From Octopus sinensis (taxonomy: Eukaryota), in contig NC_042999.1 in the NCBI RefSeq assembly GCF_006345805.1, positions 66,402,001-66,466,000 on the forward strand: a stretch of 64,000 nt of DNA. The letters run 5' to 3'. The position numbers and the translations under genes are program-made. The notes below the pieces were generated by a model that had not been told where the DNA came from, ran no database searches, and saw nothing but the letters and a program-made list of their open reading frames with translations. Below, piece after piece: positions 50,090 to 64,000 of this stretch. The stretch's first letter is position 1; every line of letters starts with the position of its first letter.

Positions 50090-53079
50090 TGTTTCTTTAT
50101 TAGCCACACAGGGCTGCACACAGATAGAACAAATTACAAGGTAGAGCTTTTCTTTTGAAGGTATTAAAAAAAAAAAAAAAAAAAAAAGGGAAGGGGAAGT
50201 TTCGATCAAAAGGGATCGTAAAAGGAGAGAAAAGGACAAAAATAAGGGGGGTTAAAATAAAAAAGGGGGGGGAGAGGAAAAAAAAATGATCAATAGGGAT
50301 CGTTATCACAGAAATGTCAATATGAAGTGTAAAGGGGAGGACAGGTGAGGTTTACCCGTGGAAAGAAAAGCCTGCGGAAAAGACCACGGTAACCTCGGTC
50401 AATGAAGTCACATTTTATATTTCTTTTTTTTTTTTTTTTTTTTGCAAATAAGCAACTCTCTGTTTTCGATTTCTGGGTTCATAGGACTATGCTCAAGGTG
50501 GCTTCGTCATTCATACGTGCCATTCTTGCTACATTCACCCATCTTTTTTAAAACATTCGCTAGACAAAACTTGCCTCTCTACTCTCACTTTCCTTTTCAA
50601 GTGGTACTTGAAGAAGATGATGAGAGATTGACCAGAGAGGAAAGTGTTTGTCTCCAATCCTTTCAGACGCGTCCACCAGATACATTCTTTCGCCATAGCC
50701 ACAAGGATGATGAAAATAGCTCTTCCTTCCCGTTTGAAGGAAGGAGGCGTGACAATATTGACGATAGACTCAGCTGATAAACCGACTCGTCCCACACGTG
50801 ACAGCAGTTGTTCGACATAAGCCCACAGGTCGGAATTGTTGGACACTGAACGAGTGCGTGCAGAACGGTTTCGTCGCTCTGACCGCATCTCGGGCAGGTC
50901 GGCCCCGTGTTTCTCGAGCCGTGTCTGTAGAGCTTATCCCGAACGGGTAGCGCTTCTCGGTAGCACTGCCAGGCCAGGGATCTCTGGAAGTTGTCCATGG
51001 GCCCTGGCCCGAAAGTCGTCCCGAACAGGCGGGTCAGGTACTCCTCGCGTCGACGTCCAGGTTCGCCCCGAGCTCGTCGTCGTACCTCCCCTCCACTAAA
51101 CCCCTATAGAATGCTTTGGTTGTGTTGAAGTCACTTAAGTCGACCCAGGACGGCAGAGTTGCTTGAGAGCAACGCGACACTCGCGGTGCCATTCGCCCTT
51201 CCTCGGCCTCTTTTTGATCCACGACTGGCAGTTCGGTCATGGAGACGAGCTGCGGGAAAGCGTGCCTCACAAACGGCGACCACACCTGTTCACCGTCGTC
51301 TACATAGAGCCAGAGATGTCGCAGTCTCAGCGCGTGTCTGCGCATCATCAACCACGGCATGCCCAGCCCTCCTTTTAACGGGTGTTGACAGCAAATGGAT
51401 CGCCTGACCATCGGGACGCATCCTTTCCACAAGAAGCGAAAGAGGATGCGTTGTAGTTTGGTGATGGTAGGGTCGGGACAAGGTACGACGGTCAGGCGGT
51501 AGTAGATGACGGACGCGATGTACGTGTTCGCCACCTCCGCTCGACCTTTTAGGGACAGTTTCCTCTCGGCCCATTGCCGGGCGAGAGTGACCACCCTACT
51601 CGTTATCTCGTTCCAGTTCTTCTCCACTTGGAGGTCCGGACCAAACCAGACCCCGAGCAACTCAACCGGGCCGTCGGTCCACGACGGAGGCGCTGGTGGA
51701 CGGCATGGGCTTGCTTCTCCAGGTGCCTAGTCGCAAGCCCACTGACTTTTCCCGGTTGATTTTCGCTCCTGTCACCGCTTCGTAGTTTTTCAGTGTCTCG
51801 CCGACCAGCTCGATGTGCTCGTGGCTAGACACTATGACGGTGACGTCGTCCGCGTATGCAGACACGCTCGTCCCGCATCCCAATTCTCGCGGGATGCCCC
51901 TTAGAGTCGCCAGCTTCCGCAGTAGTGGCTCAAGAGTCAATACGTATAGAAGCGCCGAGAGGGGGCATCCCTGACGACCGAACGTGCAATGTCGAAAGGT
52001 CTCGATAGATGTCCATTACGCGAATTACCGAACGGATGCCTCTGTACAAGGCAGCTATCCAGCCGCGGAAGACGGGACCGAAACCAGCCGCTCTCAGGAC
52101 TGCCTCCAAGTATCGATGGTCTACCCTATCAAAGGCTTTTGATTGATCCAAGTTGATCAGGGCCCCACCCATTCCAGGTTCGTTAACTACCCTGTCTATG
52201 ATGTAGCGCATCAGATGGAGGTTGTCATGGATGGTCCGGCCTGGCACGGCGCATGTTTGCGCCTTGTCGACCAGTTTCTCGATGACAAGCGCCAACCTCT
52301 TGGCTAGCACCTTGGCCAAAATTTTCAAGTCTGCATTAAGCAGAGTGATGGGCCTAAAGTTATCTATTACATTTCCCTTGTTTAGATCTTTCTTCAGCAG
52401 TGTTACGGCTCCTCGGCTCACAAAACCAGGAATGCTCCCGTTTTGCTGCCAGTTGCAGTACACCGCCGCCAAGAGATCTCCAAACAAGTCTGGCATACAA
52501 TTGTAAAGCTCGTAGGGTAGACCATCCAAACCCGGTGATTTGTCCCTCGAGCATTCTGCCATCGCTTCCCGCACTTCCGCCGCCGTGATGGCACCTTCGC
52601 AGTACCCTGCCTTTCTTGTCGAGAGTCGTGGTAGGCTATGTAGGTAGGCACTGAAGTCCACCCTACGTTCTTGCCCTCCACTCGTTCCGAACAGTCGGGC
52701 AAAATGCTGCTGAAAGGCCTCACACACATTTTACTTGGCTCGAGCAATTCGCGCCCCTGTTCATCTACCAGTGACCGAATGGTGGCTTTGTTGCCCTGTT
52801 GCGCCTCTGCCACCCGGGCCTCTCTCGCGGCTCCAACACCTTCGTTCCTTAGAGCACGCATCCTAGCTCTGACAGCACATCCTTCGTGTTTGGCGTTGAA
52901 GTGTTGGTCGAGGGCCAACCTCGCCGCCAAAACGTCGGATGCGATGCCGCTTCTAATTGCCTCTTCTAGCTTCTTAACTAGCTCACCCTCTACTCTATTT
53001 CTATCTATGGCTAGTGCTTTGCTGTACCTAATCGCTTCTGCTTTTACTGCTCTCTTGAGGGCAAACCACCATTTGTGGT

Positions 53080-53080
<1 letters not shown>
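50090..53080 (-). mobile_element. Tx1/L1-clade LINE copy 2, 5'-truncated downstream of the endonuclease
   Basis: About 99% identical by eye to copy 1 in the coding region, with several 1-8-bp indels. Identical 3' junction; different 5' break (NHKWWFALKR). Stop at 50479. Confidence 0.95.
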
Positions 53081-53380
<300 letters not shown>

Positions 53381-53714
53381 TTACATAATACATATGTATA
53401 CATAGAAAATACGAAATCCTTTACTCGAGAGAACTTTTCTTTTTGCTGTTCCTCTCTGTTTTTTTTTATTTCGTTATGACATAATTAGATGTTTTAAAAG
53501 CATTGTGTGGGAGGTACATGGGCATGAAACTGAATAAGTTTTGAAATATAAAGACTGAGTTTTATATACAACAGTATAATTCCGGTGTCTCAAAAGCATT
53601 AGAAGCACTAAGTGTTATAGAAAAGTCTTGCGCATAAAAATGCCTGAAAATCTCTCAACGCAGTTTCTGTAAAGCAATGTATAGCATATATTACATTCTA
53701 CATTCTACATGAAA

Positions 53715-53820
53715 GAAGAAGAAGAAGAGAAAAGAAGAAGAAGAAGAAGAAGAAGAAGAAGAAGAGAAGAAGACGAAGAAGAAGAAGAAGAAGAAGAAGA
53801 AGAAGAAGAAGAAAAAGAAG
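53715..53820. repeat. (GAA)n microsatellite
   Basis: Visible directly in the sequence. Confidence 0.95.
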
Positions 53821-53999
53821 AATGATGTAGAGTGTAATAGAAATCAACGGTGAATAAAAAGATATTACTGAGTGTGCACTTTAAATATGTAAGGTACGTA
53901 CATGTGGATATTACACATGAAAGCTCTTGTATAGAGATATAATTTTCATGGAATATGTCTATAAAGCAGTTACTCGCATTTATATATATATATATATAT

Positions 54000-54145
54000 G
54001 CGCAGGAGTCGCTGTGTGGGAAGTAGCTTCAGTCCCACTATGTGGCACCTTGGCCAAGTGTCTTCTGCTATAGCCTCGGGTCGACTAAAGCTGTGTGAGG
54101 GGATTCGGTAGACGGAGACTGAAAGAAGCCTGTCGTATATATATA
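54000..54145 (+). mobile_element. SINE family A, 5' half
   Basis: gcgcaggagtcgctgtgtgg...cagtcccactatgtggcaccttggccaagtgtcttc...gaagcctgtcgtatata, ending at the internal TA tract. Confidence 0.85.
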
Positions 54146-54744
54146 AAACTTACTTGGAAGAAGAAGGCGACAACGCGTGCGTTCGATCATATAATAACAA
54201 TTTAATAATAAAACATATGCATACATACATATATGTACATACCTAGATCTATATGTATATATGCATGCATATATGGGTACAGGACACCACAAATAAACGT
54301 AGAACACAACGATAAACGAAAGCATAAAAACAAATCAAGGAAACGGACTTTTTTAACGACGAAAAAACATAGTACAAGACAAACAACACAAGGGACATCC
54401 TCCCCTTCAGCTGCCCCTGTTTCGACTCATTGCGTGTTTCGAAGGTAAGGGCAGAACACTACTACATTGAAACAATCCTTCCCGCAAAGCGAATTCCCCT
54501 CATGCTAATGAATCGAGTGTATATTACAGATAAAGAAGGAAAACAAACTTACCAGAAGATAAAGAATATAAATTTGATGACATTCGGAGATTGGCCGAAG
54601 AATGAGAATAAATCATTCTCGTTTGTTTCAATGAATGAGCAAGTTAAGTCAGTAAAAACTGTGCGGATAACGAACTAGTATAATTTAAGAAACGGAAAAA
54701 CAATATAATTACAGTTATTTATTATTTTTTTTATTTTGCTTCTC

Positions 54745-55573
54745 AGCTCGGAATTAAGTGTTTTGTATTCTAGTAAATTTTCTTTTCAAACTAATGTTGA
54801 AGACCTCTTTAAGTATCTTTTAGAAAATGGAATGCATGAACGTTTTTCTTCAAATTCATAAACTAATGGATTTGATCTTTATTATACCAATTCCGACATC
54901 GTCCTTTGAGCGTTATTTTTTCTGCGTCTAAAACAATAGAAATACGTCTGCACAATACACAAAGTCAAGAACGGCTAACAAACCTAACAAACTCTCAAGT
55001 GAAAAATATATCTTAAGGAAATAATGGTGAAGCAGAAAGATATTCAATTCATTTCTCACTTGCGTAAATTATTTAACTGATATTTCTAAGTTTAGCCTAC
55101 ATTTTATGTCCGTTCAACTTGCAAAGATATTGTGAAGAAAAAAAGACGCAATAACTTAACTTCAAGTTTTCAGACTGACTGTAAATAGCAAATTTGATTT
55201 GCACGAAGCTATTTCATTTTCATGAGAACTAGCTTCATGAAATAAGTATATTCCAAGTGCAACCTACTTCAATAATATATCTACACCTACCGAGTGTCGC
55301 ACATACAAACACAGAAGCACGTATAAGTGAACGCGTTCGCCTCGTGGTTAGGGAATCGCATAAACGATCACAAGATCCTGGTTTCCATTCCTGGACATTG
55401 AGAGAGAGAACTCATGTGCAGCACAAACATTTAATTACTATAAATTATCTGCGCTGGTTGTTCTGCAAAAAATTACACACCTCAACTTCATCCGTCGTTT
55501 TACACAGAAGGTTGCGCCATATATGCATATGTGTGTATATATGTATATGTATTATATATATATATAATATATA

Positions 55574-55632
<59 letters not shown>

Positions 55633-55912
55633 ATATATGAATGTATATATATATAATATATATATATTTATTTATATATGAATATACATACACACACAGA
55701 TATATATATATACACAGACACACATATATATATATACGTATATACATAAATATATATATATACATATGCATATGTCTATACATAATTATGTATAGTTTAT
55801 GAACATGTAGAAAACGTTCATTCATTCCATTTTCTAACAGATACTTAAAGATGTCTTCAACACTAGTTTGAGCAGAAAATTTAGGAGAATACATAACAGG
55901 TAATTCCGAGCT
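54745..55912. repeat. ~120-bp diverged inverted repeats enclosing ~0.9 kb (possible non-autonomous DNA transposon)
   Basis: 54745-54866 aligns with the reverse complement of 55793-55912 (agctcggaatta...gaaaatggaatg...cataaacta). Confidence 0.55.
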
Positions 55913-57140
55913 TTTGATAAAGTGAATCATGGTATGAAATGCCACAAAGTGCGTGATCTTGGCAAAACTGAAAACTTGGAGAGCAGTTACATGACTTTCT
56001 GAAAGATACAAGTCAGGCGGTGATGGCCAATAGAACCACCTCAAAGAAAATAATAAATAGTGAGCGGTGTTCCACGGGGCACTGACTGGGACCGCTGCTT
56101 TTCATAGTGGCCCTCTCAGATATGCCCTCAGCTGCCCACCTAGCCACCATTGGTAGCTACGCAGACGATACAAATGTCTCGCAGAAAATACAGAACCCCA
56201 GCGATGTTGTACACCTGCAGCAGGATTTGGACTCATTTTACAGATCGGCTGAGGACAATAATATGCAGTTTAATGCTGAAAACTTCTAAGCTCTGCGCTA
56301 ACGCATCCAAAACTGAATATAAAACTTACAAGGTACTCTGCTCCACAAAAGACCACAATCCCAGAGCCTAAATCAGTAGTGGACCTGGGTATTGACATGA
56401 GTGATGGTACCTCTTTCCAAGTGCACATTACCAGGATGGTGACAATATGCAGACGACTGGCTGGCTGGATCCTGAGAACGTTCAGAACCAAAGTGAAAGA
56501 AGCCATGATGGTTCTTTGGAGGACATTCGACCTCAGCCGCCTGGACTACTGCTTCCAGCTATGGTCACCCAATAGTGTAAAATTAACAGCGAACCTTGAA
56601 GCAATCCAGCGAAACTTCACGGAAAATCGTCTTCTTGCAACAGCTCAGCTACTGGAAAAGACTGAAACAGCTAAGAATCTACTCCACGGAGCGAAGGCGG
56701 TAGAAGTATGCAGTAATATATATTCGGAAGATCCTAGAAGGGATTTTCCAAATTTTGGCATTGAAAGCTACACCAATGTCAGGACGGGTCGACACGGCAC
56801 AGTGCCAAAGATCCTAGCAATGTCATCAAGCTTCAGGACCTGTTACTGCAACAGTTTGGGTTTCAGTGGCACACAGCTTTTTAATATTCTTCCAAAGAGC
56901 CTGAAGGACCTACAAAAAGTGAATGTAAGTGCTTTCAAATGAAAGCTAGACCTCTTCTTGTCGAGCGTCCCACATAAACATACCTCGCGGTAAGAAGTGC
57001 AAATGAGGGTAGCGACATCAAACTCACTTATTCACCAAATGCCACATATTCGAGGAGGCTCTCAATGTCAGTGTAACAAAACGGCGGTACCCCAGCATAG
57101 TCGCAACTCTGAGCTGAAACTACAAATAAACAAATAAATA
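55910..57140 (+). mobile_element. CR1-group LINE, 5'-truncated within RT
   Basis: [42 protein letters not shown]; 3' end gcggtaccccagcat...gagctgaaac followed by an (AAAT/AAAC) tail. Confidence 0.9.
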
Positions 57141-57180
57141 TACATACATACATATATATACACACACATATATATAATCC

Positions 57181-58770
57181 TTAAATCCTTAAAAATGTTT
57201 TAGCCCGGAGGCCGCGGCCATGCTGGGGCACCACCGCTGAATGAGCTACACTAGTTTGTGAATCCACCTCTGATACGTGGCACTTGATCAACAAGGGAGT
57301 TCGATGCTGCTGCCCGCATCCGTGTCTCCTGTCGTGAGGTAGGTTCATCTGGGACTCCCAACAAGAAGAGATCCAGTTTAGTTTTAAAGAAACCCACATC
57401 CACACCATGTAAGTCTCTCAGGCATTTAGGGAGGATGTTAAAGAGCTGTGGTCCTCTGAAACCCAAGCTGTTGCAGTATCTGGACCTGTATTTTGATGGT
57501 GATGTTGGAATCCTTGGCACCACGCAGCGGCGCCCCGTTCTGCGGTTGGAGTAACTTTGCCAAAGTTTGGGACAAGACCTCCAGGATTTTCCAGATGTAT
57601 ATCACTGCATATCTCTCCCGCCTCCGCTCCAGGGAGAAGAGGTTTAATACCTTCAGTCTTTCCCAGTAGCTGACATTTTGATTGAGACGATTTTTTTGTG
57701 TAGCTTCTCTGAGTTGCTTCGAGTTCTGCTGTTTGTTTTATATTGTGTGGTGACCAAAGTTGGGAGCAGTAGTCCAAGCGGCTGAGGACAAATGTTTTCC
57801 ATAGGACCATCAGTGTCTCCTTCTCTCTTGTTCTGAAAGTTCGGAGAATCCATCCAGCTAGCCGTCTGCATTTTATCACCAGATTAGCAATATGCATTTG
57901 GAAAGATGCATCATTGCTCATGTCAATGCCCAGGTCACGCACTGATTTTGACTCAGGGATTGCAATTCTTCCTGGGCCAGTGTATCCAGTCTTCACGTCA
58001 TTTACCTTTGTGTGCCAGTAGCGCAGGGCCTGGAACTTACCTGCATTAAACTGCATGTTGTTGTTCCTCAGCCCACCTGTATATTGTGTCCAGCTCATGT
58101 TGCAGATGCGCAATATTTTCAGGTTTTGTATTGCGTGGGAGACTTTTGTGTCATCTGCATAGCTAGCAAGGGTGGTCATCGTAGCAACTGAAGGCATGTC
58201 TGAAAGGGCCACTATGAACATCAGTGGCCCCAAGACAGTGCCCTGTGGGACACCGCTTGTTATTTGTTTCCCTGGAGGTGGCTCCATTGCTCACAAGCCT
58301 GTTTTCTGTATTTTAGGAAGTTGTGCAGCCACTCTCCAAGTTTCCCGCCTATGCCGAGACCACGCAGTTGTGACAGATCATACCATGGTCGACTTTATCA
58401 AAGGCTTTTGCAAAGTCAAGATATATTACATCCACATTTGAGCCATTTAGTAGCTGTTTCAACACCCAGTCATAGTGTTGCAGGAGCTGTGTTAGGCAGC
58501 CTCTACCTGGTCGAAATCCATGCTGGGTGTCAGACAGTAAGTCATTTTCTTGAAGGAACATGATTAGTTTCTTACGGACTATTCGTTCCATGACTTTGCT
58601 GATGTATGAGGTCAGAGAGATAGGCCTATAATTTTTAGCATCTGCTCTGCTACCTCCCTTATGGATAGGGCATATTACCCCCTCTTTCAGTTTGACTGGG
58701 AGCTTACCACTTGCAAGAAAGCTCTGAAAAAGAAGCTGTAGCGGTTTTGCAAGGGCTCGTTTGCACGATT
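57181..58770 (-). mobile_element. CR1-group LINE (different subfamily), 5'-truncated
   Basis: YRPISLTSYISKVMERIV, QHGFRPGRGC, YLDFAKAFDKVDHG, SGVPQGTVLGPL, YADDT, VRDLG; (TTTAAGGA)n tail at 57181-57196. Confidence 0.92.
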
Positions 58771-58792
58771 ACATATATATATATATATATAT

Positions 58793-58826
<34 letters not shown>

Positions 58827-58990
58827 TATAATATATATACATACATACATGCATACATACATACATACATACATACATACACACATACATACATACGTAC
58901 GTACGTACGTACGTACATACATACATACATACATACATACATACATACATACATACATACATACATACATACATACATACATACATACGT
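58771..58990. repeat. (TA)n / (TACA)n / (TACG)n microsatellite
   Basis: Visible directly in the sequence. Confidence 0.95.
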
Positions 58991-59454
58991 ATTGTTAATT
59001 TTCAGGATGCTCATTGTTTTTTTATGCCAGATAAACACACCGATCATAAATTCATTTTTCACTCATTCATTGCTGTTCTTCTCTTATCTTATGTCTATTG
59101 TCCGAAAATCGTTCGTCAGACATATGACTACTTCGGCTACCTTTTCCATCCGTGTGTATCATCCTGCTCTGCTTCAGCGGAGCAGGAGGATACACGTACC
59201 CAAAGCTTGCAGAAGAGGTCACTGATATGTAACAACAGATATCCGGTCTATGGGCATAACATAAAATTCAAACCATAATGAACAAATGAAGGATGAATAT
59301 ATAGTGCGTGTGTCTATCTGGTAAAACAACAGTGACCAACCCTAAATATAACAATATCTGTTTCAACACATGGTTTTACATCAGGAATCTTGCAACACAA
59401 ATTTATAAATGCATACATACATATATATATATACAGAGAGAGGGAGAGAGGGAG

Positions 59455-59497
<43 letters not shown>

Positions 59498-60645
59498 ATA
59501 TATATATATATATATTATATATATATATATATACATACATATATTTATATAATATACGTATACATATTTACATATTTACATACATATGTGTGTGTGTGTG
59601 TGTGACAGTGCATCTATGTATAACTATAAGTCTCTACAATTTTTTTGTACATAGCTATTATGGACATATGTATCACTGAGTATTAATATCTTCGTACAAG
59701 CGCTAGCATGTGTAATAGCTTCATGTACAAACGTACGTTACACAGCGTACTTATTGTATATGTAACAGCTTTTCTTTACATCATTGTTTTCTACTCTATT
59801 TTTGTTCGTCCTATATTTTTTTGAGAACTTTATACATTCTCTTTATTAATTTATAGCAGCTGCGTTGAGAGATTTTCTAGCATTTTATTCGTGTTTTAGT
59901 GATTCTATAACTTCTGAGACTACGGCAGCATATTGCTGTTGATAGAACCGTATATTCATAATTCGAATTTCTTTTAAACACGTATAGTTCAATTTCTTTC
60001 AAACACCTATGCACAGGCAAAAAATACAAAAATCTACACTTCCACATGCACATACACACACACACAAATTAGGCTGTGTACTTATAGTAGTTGTAGTTAT
60101 ATAGGTGTCATGACACTTCATCTCTAAAACACTAGAAAAATTACCATTCGAATGGGATTGAAATGTTTTCTTTCACTTGAATTAATATAAACTAGAACTT
60201 GCAGAACAACTTTGCATTAATTTTTTACTAATGTAAATGAGGAAAGTTTTTTTTTCGCCAAAATAAATATTTAAGTTAGTTTTATGAAGTTAATTTTTTT
60301 TGCCTTTCGTGACTTGTACAAATTACTCACTACGTGAATAATAAGATGTATAGGCATAACGCACAACAAAACATGCATACACGTTTGCACAGATGTAGAT
60401 TAAAAAAATGCTCATTTATCGTATCAGTACACTTACTAAACGTAATGACATATATTAAAATCCGTTTTATATTTTATTTATTACTTGTCTCAGTAATTCA
60501 ACAGCGGCCATGCTGGGGTACTATTGGTGTTTTTAAGTATGTTACTTATTGTATCGGTCTCTTCCACCGAAGTCAGAAACGGGGACTTAAGTAAATCAAC
60601 ACTGGTAATCAAGCGGAGGTGGATCACAAAGATACACACGCATGG

Positions 60646-60698
<53 letters not shown>

Positions 60699-61194
60699 GT
60701 GAGTGTGTGAGTCTACGTATGTATGTATGAATGTGTGTATATGCATTACAAATTCATGTATCTTTGTATATACTTTTTTTCTCTCTCTCTCTCTTTCTCT
60801 TCGGACGACTCAGACGTATTCTTGTCTGTCTCCTGTCCAAGCTTCCTCCTTCGCGTTCGTCTCAAATTTGACCCTGCGCAAGATCTCAAATTTTATTTAA
60901 TTCGCTTTGCACGAGCAACTGTTATATTGAAAGCCTATCTTGTCGTGAAATGCTCGAAACAAGCATTAAAAAAGCAGCCGAAAACTGATGAAGGGTCATT
61001 CTTTACGTTGCGTGTCTTGTTTTCCATTTGTTATCTTCGTTGTTCCAATAAAAGTTCATATTAAATGTATTCATATTTCGTATTCCATATTTTCTTCTTT
61101 TGTTGTTGTTTACGTTCTCTGACGTCCTGTACCCACGTATGTATATAACTATATATGTATGTACATACACGTATGCTTATATATATAATATATT

Positions 61195-61197
61195 ATA

Positions 61198-61271
<74 letters not shown>

Positions 61272-61290
61272 CATTATTATTATTAATAAT
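61195..61290. repeat. (ATT)n microsatellite
   Basis: Visible directly in the sequence. Confidence 0.95.
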
Positions 61291-61860
61291 ATTATATACG
61301 ACGCGCTATTACACTGCTTTCCAAAGATTCTTTCTTTCAAATTCATGTACTGTGGGGCTTATTATTCTGAAGACAGCTAGTAACCGACCTATATTTAACC
61401 CATTAAAAAAAATATTCTTTTTTTCATTTTCTCGATTTCAACCTATGCTAACGGAGTACGAAATGAGGTTTTAGCGCTATTTGGCAGTGATTGTCTCTAG
61501 CATATTGGTGCTGCTTATTAGCACCCTTTATTATAATTATAATCTTTATAATTATATATATATATTGTTATAGAGAAACTATACACACACGCACTGTCGC
61601 AATCATATTCACACACACACACACATATAACATGGATGTATATATATATATATATATATATATGAAAAAACAAGTCAGGATCGAAAATGCTGAAATAATT
61701 TTATAAAGAACATTTCAGTACCGGTTTCAGCCATTGAGACCTTTTCAACTGTAATAATTAAATAATTGAATTTAGAAAAATTAAAAGAAAAGTTTTTTTT
61801 TTTTAAGGATATTTGTATAGTGTTCAAATATAAGTGGCATTTTACTTGTTTCTGACTGTC

Positions 61861-61921
<61 letters not shown>

Positions 61922-64000
61922 GTATGTATGATTTTACAGATTTGTCACAACCTTTTTTATCCTAGAAAGGAGATTTTCATGAAACTTTAAGCAACATTAG
62001 ACACATTATGTGTGTATGTATGTAGTATGAATGTGTCTGTGAAAGCAAATAAGCATGTTCCTACACATGGTCGCAGCTATCAATGGCGTTGGATATGTCT
62101 GATCAGTGTTCACCTGGGCTTACGCAATTACAATATCAACGTCAAGAGCTTTCTTCATATATATAATACGTGCCACGTAAGCAAAAATAAGCGATACTGG
62201 CGAACACAAAGCTTCTTCTTACACTGCAGATTTTAAACCCCGATTTTCAAATTTTATTCGTTTTTCTGTATGTCTTGTTCTTTTAATATAATTCGTTTTT
62301 ATCGGAGATTCTGTTATGTGCAGCTGGTTTCTCAAACTTCCGTAAAAGTAATGTTAAATTACTGAATACTTTATTTTGTTCTATATATTCCTTACAAACG
62401 ACATAGCCCATTCATTCGAGAATACGACTTTCTATCAGACCTTTCTGGCTCTCCTACTTGTGGATATTCTACGTTTATCTCCATTATTCATGCTAAAAGT
62501 TGTTACAATTTTCTTTTTATTGAGACGACAGTCAGTGTCTACTCTCCACGAGACTCGTAATTTTAAAAACAAAAACGAAAACTTGTTTTCTCCTTCTTAT
62601 TGTCTATGGAAAAATGGCTACATCATTATTGATCGAAATAGTAAACTAAATATTTGTCCACCAATCTCTCTTTCTCTCTCATTCACTCTTTTGTGACTGT
62701 GGGTGTGGGAATGTTTGTGCTTGTTTAAGTATATACGTGTGTGTGTTTGTTTATGTGTATATGCGTGTGAGTGTTTGTGTGCGTGTGTGTATGTGAGCAT
62801 AAGATAACATATATATGTACATCTGCATACAGATGTATATCAATATATACATACACAGTATTTATACGTATATATCTATATTTTCTGCCTCTCTCTCTCT
62901 CTCTCTTTCTCTCTCTTTTCTCCATCTCACTTTCTCCATCTCTCTATCAACCTATGTATCGAGCTATCTATCTATCTATCTATCTATCTACCTATCTACC
63001 TATCTATCTATCTATCTTTCTATGTATATATGCAGATCATTTGGTTTCGTTTTATGTATGTATTCTCATGCATATAGTTGCATATATAGACATGATCATA
63101 TATGTTTAAATGATAAACTTCTAGAAAGTTTTACAAACACTTACAGTTCCAGTGATGGATTGGATTTGTAGTCTTCGAAGTAGACTTATGTATGTATGCA
63201 TGTGTGTAAGTATGTATGTATGTATGTATGTATGTATTTACGTACGCATATATTTATTTATTTATGTACGTATTCATGTATAGATATTTGCGTATGCGTA
63301 TGATTGTATACGTATCTGAGTATCAGCGTGTTTACGTCTCAATGTTAAATTGTCTGTGCATGTGTGTGCGTGTGTGCGTGTGCGTTTGCGTTTGTGTGTG
63401 TCTGCTTACTTGTGTGTGTTCTGAGTGCTGTGTGTATGTCCCTAATCATCGCAGTAAAGAATATGTGGAAAGAAACAACGATGTATGTATAAAGAAAAAA
63501 AACATGATTTGACTCACTTGTTCAGTTACTGAAAAAATATGTATATACCAATAATATTTCGAAGAACGCACCTTAAAAAAATGGCGAATTTTTACGGAAC
63601 AACCACACACAAGAAATTAGCATTGGTTTATCATATCTAGATCAGAAACAATTTGGTGGTATGAGGAAGTACGTCATCGAATGCAGGATTCAACATTACC
63701 GTAAAAGCTTCGTTGTTGACAGAATGTATAGTAGTGTCTACTACCTTCTAATTTAGGAACTCCGAGACAGATGACAGGTGCGAGGAAATGAGGCAGGTAT
63801 TTTACAACTAAATGCTTGCATCAATGTTTACTTTCCGTAGACACCCAAGGACCAATTAGTACTCTTTAACTATTCTGATACCTATATAATTGATTTTCCT
63901 CATGGTTCTCTCATATAAAGCTATTTATATCTAAATGTTAACGTTGTCTAATGCTGTTCTCCGATTTAGACATAAGGCCAGCAGTTTTTAGGGGCGCAGA

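Noticed and set aside
60940-61010. CGAAAC ... CTGATGA as a type-II hammerhead
   Set aside because: Stem II strands do not pair and no stem III/NUH arrangement was found.
60723-61064. 113-aa ORF, and the 106-aa ORF at 62376-62696
   Set aside because: Both begin or end in microsatellite, have no recognisable domain, and lack convincing splice signals.

Overview
AT-rich, microsatellite-dense eukaryotic DNA with no recognisable host gene. It looks like intronic or intergenic sequence from an octopus genome; this is inferred from the two tRNA-derived SINE families and the repeat landscape. Almost every ORF in the supplied track is a microsatellite read-through or a decayed transposon frame. Recognisable elements are: three CR1-group LINE copies, one nearly full length with a CCCH-finger ORF1; two almost identical young Tx1/L1-clade LINE copies embedded in one (GATA)n array; RTE and R4/Dong LINE relics; a full-length decayed mariner; two other Tc1/mariner fragments; a Chapaev3 relic; a TTAA-flanked foldback MITE; and many SINE copies. 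The strongest lead is an apparently (GATA)n-microsatellite-targeting Tx1 retrotransposon at 46.2-53.1 kb. Other leads are three degenerate minimal hammerhead-ribozyme-like motifs, SINE multimers with the same 184-bp repeat junction at two loci, a covarying 3' stem-loop shared by a SINE and the CR1 LINEs, a TACGTG/G-quadruplex minisatellite, and two tandem/inverted mosaics (15.9-19.2 kb) that may be assembly artefacts. All alignments and identities were judged by eye, and relic boundaries are approximate.
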